From a virus (lineage: Duplodnaviria > Caudoviricetes), in the IMG/VR virus record IMGVR_UViG_3300037246_000486, positions 1 to 61,995 of that record: 61,995 nt of DNA; one strand, 5' to 3'. Below, in pieces: positions 55,029 through 61,995 of the stretch. A program made the position numbers and the translations under genes. The first letter of the stretch is position 1. The number at the start of each line of letters is the position of its first letter. A model generated the notes under the pieces. That model saw only the letters and a program-made list of their open reading frames with translations. It did no database searches and had not been told where the DNA came from.

Positions 55029-56945
55029 GTGGCCATAGCAACCGAACCAGAGTGGCGCGCGCTACACCGCGCAGCCGACGCCAACGTCCCCGTCATTGAG
55101 CGTATCGTCCTGAAGGCTCTGCTGGCGGCCCAGGCGGGGTCCGACCTCAATGCCATCGCCGACTCGGTGGAGGCAGGCGGTGGGGTGGTACTGGGGAAGG
55201 TGTTTGCCGGGGCGGACGAGGCGGACCGCATCATGGCCGAGGAACTACCTGCGGTCCTCCTGGCCACCCTGGAGGCGGGCGCCTTTGCGAGCGCGAGGTT
55301 CTACCGTCGGCAGGGTGGGTTCCTCCCCGACGATCCCATCGACCAGGAGTCGGTCATAGGTGACGGACCGGTCGACGTCCTGGCACCGGTGGCGTCAGCC
55401 GAGGGTGGTGTGTCCTCGGTGTTCATCCCACCGAGCGGGGACCTCCCGGGGTTCGCCCTGTCCCCGGACTTCTTGGTCACCAACCCCGAGAGCGTGGCGT
55501 GGGCCAACGACTTCGGCAGCAGGCAGATCGTCCAGATCAGCAACGAGACCCGGCGTGCCATCCGGGAACTGATCTCCCAGGCGTTCGTGGACGGTGTCCC
55601 ACCTGCCAAGGCGGCACGCGCCATCCGGGACCAGATCGGTCTGACCAGGTTCCAGGAGAGGGCGGTACGCAACCTCGCCAGGGAGATGAAGGGTCGGCAG
55701 CGTGGCGTGGTCCGCAGGTTCGGCAAGCAGTTCGGTGCCAAGGTCCCGCAGGGTGGGTACAACACGGTCCAGATCCAGGCAGCGACCAAGCGGTACGGCA
55801 AGAGGTTGCTCCGGTCCAGGGCGCTCACCATCGCCCGCACCGAGACACTGGCAGCAGCCAACGAGGGGCAACGTCAGCTCTGGTTGCAGGCACGGAAGGC
55901 TGGGGCCCTCCCGGCACACCTGGTCAAGGAGTGGATCATCACTCCGGACGACGACCTCTGTCCGGTATGCCGTGGGATGATCGGACAGCAACGGGAACTG
56001 GACAAGCCGTTCAACACGGGACGGTTCGGACCGGTCATGAGCCCGCCCGCCCATCCCAGGTGCCGCTGCGCCCAGGGTCTGGCGCGTCCCAAGAAGGCCA
56101 AGAAGGACAGGACGACCCGCCCGGCAGAGACGCCCCTCGAGGCACGACGTCGCGCGCTGTCCTCCGGGCAACTGAAGGGCGGACCCTCCGACCGACTGGA
56201 GGGGTCCATCAACGACGTGCGCATACTGCGTGTCCTGGACGACCAGGGTGACGAGGTCGCAGGGTACTGGAAGCCGAACAACCCGGGGCAGGTTGGACCG
56301 GGCGAGTCGGTGGACCCGGACATCGTCTTCTTCCACCAGCAGACCACGGGAGGGGCAGCGTCCTGGGGCGAGCGTGAAGTCCTAGCCTCCGACATTGACC
56401 AGCTGTGGGGGACCAACCTGGTCCCGACCACGGTTCACCGGACGGTGGACGACATCGTCGGGTCCATCCAGGAGGGCGTGAAGAACGCCAAGACATACGC
56501 CACGGTACGGGGCACCCCGATAGTGAACGAGGTCACCGCCGAGCAGTGGTTGGACCTCACCGTGTACGACATGGTGATCGGCAACGTGGACCGGCACGGG
56601 GGCAACCTCATGCTCCAACGTGCAGCCGATGGGACGGTACGCCTGGTCGCCATCGACAACGGGCTGTCCTTCGTCCCCAACTTCGCGTTTGAGAAGCTGC
56701 GCGACCCGACCGTCCAGGAGGAGGCGTTCAAGTGGATCCAGGGTCGCTGGATGAGCAAGGACCAGACGGCGAAGTGGGTGGCCCGGTTGGAGGACCCCAA
56801 GTTCTTCGAGCTCATTGGCAAGTCCAACCTGTCAGCACAGCAGAAGGCGGATGCGATACAGCGGGCAGCAGACATCCGGTTTGAACTCATCAACGAAGAC
56901 GGGAATTTCTGGGGCCTCATGTCGGAGTTCCTGGACGTACGCTAA
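55029..56945 (+). CDS. MuF/SPP1-gp7-like minor head protein fused to a C-terminal PI3/PI4-kinase/HipA-like domain
   Basis: MuF motifs 'RALTIARTE', 'KEW...CPVC', 'PPAHPRCRC'; kinase motifs 'YWKP', 'EREVLA', 'LVPTT', 'GSIQ', 'DMVIGNVDRHGGN', 'AIDNGLSF'. Confidence 0.85.
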   Translation: MAIATEPEWRALHRAADANVPVIERIVLKALLAAQAGSDLNAIADSVEAGGGVVLGKVFAGADEADRIMAEELPAVLLATLEAGAFASARFYRRQGGFLPDDPIDQESVIGDGPVDVLAPVASAEGGVSSVFIPPSGDLPGFALSPDFLVTNPESVAWANDFGSRQIVQISNETRRAIRELISQAFVDGVPPAKAARAIRDQIGLTRFQERAVRNLAREMKGRQRGVVRRFGKQFGAKVPQGGYNTVQIQAATKRYGKRLLRSRALTIARTETLAAANEGQRQLWLQARKAGALPAHLVKEWIITPDDDLCPVCRGMIGQQRELDKPFNTGRFGPVMSPPAHPRCRCAQGLARPKKAKKDRTTRPAETPLEARRRALSSGQLKGGPSDRLEGSINDVRILRVLDDQGDEVAGYWKPNNPGQVGPGESVDPDIVFFHQQTTGGAASWGEREVLASDIDQLWGTNLVPTTVHRTVDDIVGSIQEGVKNAKTYATVRGTPIVNEVTAEQWLDLTVYDMVIGNVDRHGGNLMLQRAADGTVRLVAIDNGLSFVPNFAFEKLRDPTVQEEAFKWIQGRWMSKDQTAKWVARLEDPKFFELIGKSNLSAQQKADAIQRAADIRFELINEDGNFWGLMSEFLDVR

Positions 56946-56957
56946 GGTGTGTGACGT

Positions 56958-57197
56958 ATGGAACTACAATTCATAGAGACACCGATCGGTGGGCCAGCCC
57001 TACCGCTCGGGACCATCGCCCTGGTGGACGGGGTACTGGTGGCCGAGGCGTCCGTGGTGTGGGCGCTCGAGTCCCCGGTGGGTTTCCCCGACGCCATTGA
57101 CCCGGAGACCGAACCCGTGGCCTGGTTGAAGCAGGCGCAGATCACCTACTCCGGTTCGAACATGCGGGCAGTACTCAAGGGAGACGCCGATGACTGA
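56958..57197 (+). CDS. Small hypothetical protein directly after MuF-kinase (candidate immunity protein)
   Basis: 79-aa ORF between the MuF fusion and the protease gene. Confidence 0.55.
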   Translation: MELQFIETPIGGPALPLGTIALVDGVLVAEASVVWALESPVGFPDAIDPETEPVAWLKQAQITYSGSNMRAVLKGDADD

Positions 57198-58884
57198 ACG
57201 TGTACTGCGGCACCTACGCCTGGGTGTCCAGGCGAACACCGCAGAGATCCGCATGGCGCAGTTCCAGGGTCGGGAGCACATCGTTGCCCCGGTGGTCATG
57301 TTGAAGGTAGGTGTCATCTGGCCGTCCAACTCCCCCATGCCGGAGCTGGTCACCCTGGAGTCCTTCGCCCGTAGCCCGGGGGCGTGGAACAACGAGCCGG
57401 TCCTATGGGACCACCCTCCCGAGTCCGCAGGTATGCCGGGCATCATGGAGACGATGGCGTTCGGCCAGGTGTTCAACGCGCACGTCGACGAGGACCGCCT
57501 GATAGCGGAGGTGTGGCTGGACCCGCTGCGGGCAATGGAACTGGGTGGGCATGCGCAGCGTTCGGTGGAACGGATCCTCGCAGGCGAGATGCAAGAGGTG
57601 TCTGTGGGGGCGTTCGTCGAGTACCTGGCGAAGGCGGGGACGTTCAAGGGCAAGGCGTACGGTCGCTCATGGCTGCGGGCCTTCCCCGACCACCTGGCGC
57701 TACTCCCGGAGACGGTGGAAGGCGCCTGCTCCAACGAGATGGGCTGTGGTGTACCCCGCGCAGCCTCGGCCAAGACCGTCTTCTATTCCTACGACCAACC
57801 CACCGAGACGCTATTGCATACGGGGACGGACAATGGCACACTCCCGTCACCAGGCGTCATGGAGGGTCATACCAACGAGGTGCCCATGACGATCCTGAAG
57901 ACCCTACGCGAGCGGTTCAAGGAGCTTGGTAGGTTCGTGAGTCTACAGGGCGAAGAAGGCATGTCAGACGTCGACCTTCGCCAGGTACTAGACGCGGCAC
58001 TGCGCGCCACCGAACCCGGGTTCCTGGGTGTGGAAGCTGTCTTCACCGAAAGCTCAAGCGTGGTCTTCGCAGTTGCCCCCGAGGAAGTTGTCGCCTGGTT
58101 CTCCCAGGCATTCACGATCGCCGATTCCGGCGAGGTCACGTTCAGCGACCGGGAAGAGGTTGCACCCGTGACAAGGTTCGAACCCGTCGGAGCAACCACG
58201 GCAAGCGCGTCCTGTGACTGCGACGCTGCCACCGGCACCAGCCAAGAAGAAGGAGACACCGAGATGGATGAGCGTATCAAGGCACTCATCGCCAACACCG
58301 GCACGCCGTACACCGAGGCGGACGCCGTGTGGATGGCAGGCATCCCCGAAGACCGCCTGGCCGCCCTCGAGGCAGCTTACGCCGAGGCCGAGGGTACCGG
58401 AGACACCGGGGACACCGACACCGGGGACACCGGGGACACCGACACCGGGGACACCGACACCGGTGACCAGGGAGACGGCACCGAGGACAAGGACAAGGAC
58501 GTGGATGGCGACGGCGATGCCGGCGACACCACCGAGCTGTCCGCAGCCAAGCCCCCGACCTGGGACGAGGTACTGGCGTCCGCCCCCGCGCACATGCGCC
58601 GGCGGTTCGCCGAGATGGAGGCGGACGAGAAGGCGGAGCACGATGCCCTCGTCACTTCGTTGTCCAAGGTCCAGGACGTGTTCAGCGTGGCACAGCTTCA
58701 GGACAAGGACCTCCCCGAGCTCCGGCAGTTGTCGCAGTTGACGACCCCGGCCGGTACCGACACGCCGATCACAGCCATCAACTATGGCGCGCGAGGTGTG
58801 GCGAACCGGGTGGAAGGGACGCCCAAGGTGGCCCCGAAGCCCCCGAGTCTCTTGGAGGCCGTGAAGGCGCGGAAGGCCAGCTAG
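57190..58884 (+). CDS. Prohead protease (DUF2213-like) with scaffold extension
   Basis: 'WDHP', 'EVSVG', 'DHLALLP..EGACS..GCG'; acidic helical C-terminal half. Confidence 0.82.
   Translation: MTERVLRHLRLGVQANTAEIRMAQFQGREHIVAPVVMLKVGVIWPSNSPMPELVTLESFARSPGAWNNEPVLWDHPPESAGMPGIMETMAFGQVFNAHVDEDRLIAEVWLDPLRAMELGGHAQRSVERILAGEMQEVSVGAFVEYLAKAGTFKGKAYGRSWLRAFPDHLALLPETVEGACSNEMGCGVPRAASAKTVFYSYDQPTETLLHTGTDNGTLPSPGVMEGHTNEVPMTILKTLRERFKELGRFVSLQGEEGMSDVDLRQVLDAALRATEPGFLGVEAVFTESSSVVFAVAPEEVVAWFSQAFTIADSGEVTFSDREEVAPVTRFEPVGATTASASCDCDAATGTSQEEGDTEMDERIKALIANTGTPYTEADAVWMAGIPEDRLAALEAAYAEAEGTGDTGDTDTGDTGDTDTGDTDTGDQGDGTEDKDKDVDGDGDAGDTTELSAAKPPTWDEVLASAPAHMRRRFAEMEADEKAEHDALVTSLSKVQDVFSVAQLQDKDLPELRQLSQLTTPAGTDTPITAINYGARGVANRVEGTPKVAPKPPSLLEAVKARKAS
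58393..58470 (+). repeat. Coding tandem repeat of GACACC/GGG units (Gly-Asp-Thr linker)
   Basis: GTGDTGDTDTGDTGDTDTGDTDTGD in the scaffold region. Confidence 0.85.
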
Positions 58885-58937
58885 GCCACCGGGCAAACCT
58901 GTCAACAATCTGACAACGAGAAGAAGGAGCAAGACAG

Positions 58938-59378
58938 ATGCCGGAACGAGTCATCACCCTCAAGGGCAACCCGGAGGTTACCGAGACGGGCGTCGCAGGT
59001 GTGGCGCTGGAGCCCGGTCGCCTGGTCACGGGGTACGCCACCATCGCGCTTCAAGGCGCGGTGTCGGATGCGGCCGGTCGGCGCGTGGCGTTGGAGCGCA
59101 GCGAACTGGGCCGTGGCATTGACCAGTCGGTGGGGCAGGAGACGTCCGCGCTGGACGCCACCTATGCCGTCGGCGAGCAGGTCAAGGTCGGTGCGTTCGG
59201 CACCGGCGATCAGTTCACCGGGTGGCTGGCCAGTGGCGAGAGCGTCACTGCTGGTGACCTCATGGAGGCAGCGGCCGACGGCATGATGGCTGCGGGCACC
59301 ACGAACCCTAAGTACTTCGCGGTCAACACCGTGGACGCTTCCGGGGGTGACGCCTTCGTCCAGGCCGAGGTCCTGTAG
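58938..59378 (+). CDS. Head decoration / cement protein
   Basis: 146-aa ORF immediately before the major capsid gene; AAGGAG SD. Confidence 0.7.
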   Translation: MPERVITLKGNPEVTETGVAGVALEPGRLVTGYATIALQGAVSDAAGRRVALERSELGRGIDQSVGQETSALDATYAVGEQVKVGAFGTGDQFTGWLASGESVTAGDLMEAAADGMMAAGTTNPKYFAVNTVDASGGDAFVQAEVL

Positions 59379-59453
59379 ACCAGGGTCACCGGATCAAACG
59401 ACACTCGGGGGCGGTGGGAAGACCCGAGGCAAAAGCAGAAGGAGAAACAGGAC

Positions 59454-60464
59454 ATGCAGGGAATTGACAATGGCCAGACCTTCTACGACAGCGCATCGGG
59501 TCGCTGGGCGGGGGAGCGTTTCCTGGCTGCGTTGAACGAGGGGCGCCCCATTACGCCCGCCGAGCTTCGCACCTTGGACACTCTCCGGCACGAGGAGTGG
59601 ATCCACTTCGACAACGTGCTGATCGAGGAAGGGCAGATCCGTCTGCGGGGTATCGCGGACATCATGGGGGCGGGCCTCACCATCCCGGTCCCGAACGCGA
59701 TGGGCAAGACGGTGGTGCAGTACGAGAAGGCCACCGACATGGAGCCGGCCATCCTCAGCCTGGACCCGAACGTCCGGAGCAAGAAGGACCGGGTGGAGTT
59801 CGTCCCGGGCCAAATTCCGATGCCCGTTATCCACAAGGACTTCGACCTGAACATCCGCACGCTGGCTGCGTCGCGGACCACGGGCGAGCCCTTGGACACC
59901 ATGCAGGCCCGCGTGGCTGCACGGTTGTGCTCGGAGCGTCTGGAGGCCCTTCTGTTCCAGGGCACCACGGCCACGTTCGGCAACCTGCCGATCTACGGGT
60001 ACATCACGCACCCGGATCGCAACACGTCGGCGTTCGGTACGAACGGTTCGTGGGACGAGACTGCCAAGACCGGTGAGAACATCCTGGACGATGTCCTCAC
60101 CATGAAGGCAGCCCTCCACGTCGACCGGTTCTACGGTCCCTACTGGATCTATGCCCCGGCGGACGCGGCCACGAAGTTGGACGACGACTTCAAGGCCAAC
60201 TCGGACAAGACCATCAAGCAGCGCATCATGGAAGTCGATGGTGTCCAGAACGTCCAGGTCGCCGACCAGCTGCCGACCGACCACGTCATCATGGTGCAGG
60301 CCACGCAGGATGTGACCGCGCTCCTAGACGGCGAGGGTTTGCAGACCATCCAGTGGGACATCAACGGTGGCATGACCGTCGCGTTCAAGGCGTTCATGAT
60401 CCAGGTCCCCCTGATCCGCAGTGACGTCGAGAAGCGCTCCGGCCTTTTCGACATGACCGGCTAG
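59454..60464 (+). CDS. Major capsid protein (HK97 fold, encapsulin/linocin-like subtype)
   Basis: 'LRHEEW', 'PMPVIHKDFDLNIRTL', 'IYGYITHPDR', 'FYGPY'; position in the head module. Confidence 0.88.
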   Translation: MQGIDNGQTFYDSASGRWAGERFLAALNEGRPITPAELRTLDTLRHEEWIHFDNVLIEEGQIRLRGIADIMGAGLTIPVPNAMGKTVVQYEKATDMEPAILSLDPNVRSKKDRVEFVPGQIPMPVIHKDFDLNIRTLAASRTTGEPLDTMQARVAARLCSERLEALLFQGTTATFGNLPIYGYITHPDRNTSAFGTNGSWDETAKTGENILDDVLTMKAALHVDRFYGPYWIYAPADAATKLDDDFKANSDKTIKQRIMEVDGVQNVQVADQLPTDHVIMVQATQDVTALLDGEGLQTIQWDINGGMTVAFKAFMIQVPLIRSDVEKRSGLFDMTG

Positions 60465-60510
60465 GGCTAAGGCGCTCACCAAGGTTCCGGCCTAACAGCA
60501 GGAGAAACAG

Positions 60511-61014
60511 ATGGCGGACAGCACGAAGCTGTATCGCCTGCGAGATGGCGCGAAGTACCTCGTCCGAAACCCGGCCGGGGTACTTCGCCCATTGGAGCAG
60601 GGCGGCACGCGGGCATTTACTGACCAGGTGGCCCACGCGCTGCGGGACAAGTTCGTCCCCGTCACAGGGCCGCCCCTCGCGGTGGACCAGGAGAACCAGA
60701 CCCTGGATACCCCGCCGGACCCGTCCGCAGTAGAAGGTGGGGAGGGCGAGGCGGTCGTGGGTGACCAGGGCACCGACGACCAGCCCGGTCCGGACGCCGT
60801 ACCACCTGGCGACCCCGACCTCCACGAGAGCCCGGTGAACCCCACCGAGTACACGGTGGACGAGCTCAAGGCCTACATTGAGGACGACGACGAACCGTGG
60901 TCCCCCGAGGACCTGGAGGCCCTGGCAGCTGCCGAGGCCGCCGAGGGGAATCGTGCCGGTGTCCTGAAGGCCGTCTTCAAGCGCATCACCCACCTGGCGG
61001 TAGACGATGCCTGA
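60511..61014 (+). CDS. Hypothetical head-associated protein
   Basis: AGGAG SD; C-terminal 'YTVDELKAYI...EAAEGNRAGVL' helical motif. Confidence 0.6.
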   Translation: MADSTKLYRLRDGAKYLVRNPAGVLRPLEQGGTRAFTDQVAHALRDKFVPVTGPPLAVDQENQTLDTPPDPSAVEGGEGEAVVGDQGTDDQPGPDAVPPGDPDLHESPVNPTEYTVDELKAYIEDDDEPWSPEDLEALAAAEAAEGNRAGVLKAVFKRITHLAVDDA

Positions 61015-61255
61015 GCTGACTTCTCGGGAGGAGGCGGACCTTCTGAACCCGCAGTCCGTGGAGGTGGTGGTCCCTGTAAAGTTCGTTGCGTTGGTCCGGG
61101 CCCGCCCCGAGCGTGAGCTCCTGAAAGCCATCTCCTACGTCGAGACACATACAGGCGCCGAGCAGATTTTCGCCGCCGAGGGCATTGGGTTGCAACGACC
61201 CGCCGTGCTCGCGGCAGCGTCCAGGCGCATGGACGAACTGACCACGATGCACTGA
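61007..61255 (+). CDS. Hypothetical protein
   Basis: 82-aa ORF overlapping the upstream stop. Confidence 0.5.
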   Translation: MPELTSREEADLLNPQSVEVVVPVKFVALVRARPERELLKAISYVETHTGAEQIFAAEGIGLQRPAVLAAASRRMDELTTMH

Positions 61256-61271
61256 CCAAGGAGCCTGAGCG

Positions 61272-61700
61272 ATGTCCAAGGGCAACACGTTCGAAAATGA
61301 TTTTCTGCTACTGATCTTCAACGCGGTAGCGATCGCCAACATCGCCGACAATGCTTCGGTGTCACCGCTCACGGACCTCTTTTGGAGTCTGGCGACGAGC
61401 GACCCTGGTGAGGGCGGTGACCAGGCGACCAACGAGGCGGCCTACACGAGCTATGTCCGTGTGACGGTTGCCAGGACGGCGGGTGGCCACACCGTCACCG
61501 CCAACTCCATGAGCCCCACGTCGGACGTAGACTTTCCCCCGGCCACGGGTGGAGGAGAAACAGAGACGCACTTCACCATCGGGGTAGCCGTGTCCGGTGC
61601 CTCGAAGATCCTCTACTACGGCACGGTCACGCCGAACATCGTGGTGACGGCGGGCGTTACCCCGCGGCTGGCCACGGCGTCCACGGTCACCGAGGACTAA
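61272..61700 (+). CDS. Virion structural protein
   Basis: 'MSKGNTFENDFLLLIFN...DPGEGG.Q.TNEAAYTSYVRV...FP' pattern common in phage virion modules. Confidence 0.7.
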   Translation: MSKGNTFENDFLLLIFNAVAIANIADNASVSPLTDLFWSLATSDPGEGGDQATNEAAYTSYVRVTVARTAGGHTVTANSMSPTSDVDFPPATGGGETETHFTIGVAVSGASKILYYGTVTPNIVVTAGVTPRLATASTVTED

Positions 61701-61701
61701 G

Positions 61702-61935
61702 GTGGCTAAGCGTAAGAAGGACGAACCGAACATCGTCGCAGCGGTAGCGTCCGCGTCGGGCAGTGGTGCCACGGGAAAGAAGTCCAACCTGGCCAGACGC
61801 TTGGACCGGGCGATGGTGGAGGTCGTCGAGCAGGCGCTCGCCGAGGGTGTGAGCGTCTACGACACCGATGAGATCCTCGCCCGGAAGGCAGCGGCACGGG
61901 AACTGATCGTCGCAGAGGACGCCGCAGAGGACTGA
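61702..61935 (+). CDS. Hypothetical protein spanning the circular junction
   Basis: 77-aa ORF; its 3' part is repeated at 1-94. Confidence 0.5.
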   Translation: MAKRKKDEPNIVAAVASASGSGATGKKSNLARRLDRAMVEVVEQALAEGVSVYDTDEILARKAAARELIVAEDAAED

Positions 61936-61995
61936 TGGCGCTGTCACCGGAACGTCTCGCCTACCGTGCGGCGCTGTCCTCGCGCGACTGGGCCG
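61842..61995. repeat. Terminal direct repeat / circular overlap, right copy
   Basis: Matches 1-154 with one mismatch. Confidence 0.97.

Larger units (their letters stand above)
1..61995 (+). mobile_element. Complete or near-complete tailed bacteriophage genome (siphovirus-like, circularly permuted contig)
   Basis: Terminase, portal, capsid, tail tube, tape measure and lysis genes are present, all co-oriented, and the contig ends overlap by 154 bp. Confidence 0.95.

Noticed and set aside
58393-58470. CRISPR-like or mobile repeat array
   Set aside because: Short in-frame tandem units with no spacers; they encode a Gly-Asp-Thr linker.
59454-60464. Encapsulin/linocin nanocompartment
   Set aside because: It lies in a full head module with portal, protease and decoration genes, so it is the phage major capsid protein.

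Overview
The window is an apparently complete, circularly permuted, GC-rich tailed-phage genome (siphovirus-type). Bases 1-154 repeat at 61842-61995 with one mismatch, giving a unit length of about 61,841 bp. Essentially all credible genes are on the + strand. Gene order, starting near the end of the window: terL, portal, MuF-type head protein, protease/scaffold, decoration protein, major capsid and accessory virion genes (52148-61995, continuing 1-3334). A 7-gene sugar-modification/glycosyltransferase block then sits between the head-closure and neck genes (3334-9335). Next come the tail genes with a -1 frameshift chaperone, tape measure and tail tip (9322-19799) and the lysis/membrane genes (19881-22870). 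An early region of promoter-gene-terminator cassettes follows, with a SNF2 helicase, 3'-5' exonuclease, SSB-like protein and nucleases (23035-35718). After that lie a 7-deazaguanine DNA-modification cluster (dpdA-like, queC, yhhQ, queD, queE, folE; 35715-40847), a histone-H1-like protein and many small ORFs including terS. I saw no integrase, DNA polymerase, primase, tRNA or CRISPR array. The most notable signals are: a MuF head protein fused to a PI3/PI4-kinase/HipA-like domain with a small downstream ORF; a probable virion-glycosylation operon; five repeated promoters with an ATG exactly 7 nt after the -10 box and CA tracts (leaderless mRNAs); several strongly structured intergenic RNA candidates; and an early gene carrying a copy of the tape-measure C-terminal motif. 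All family assignments come from motifs recognised by eye, not from database searches.
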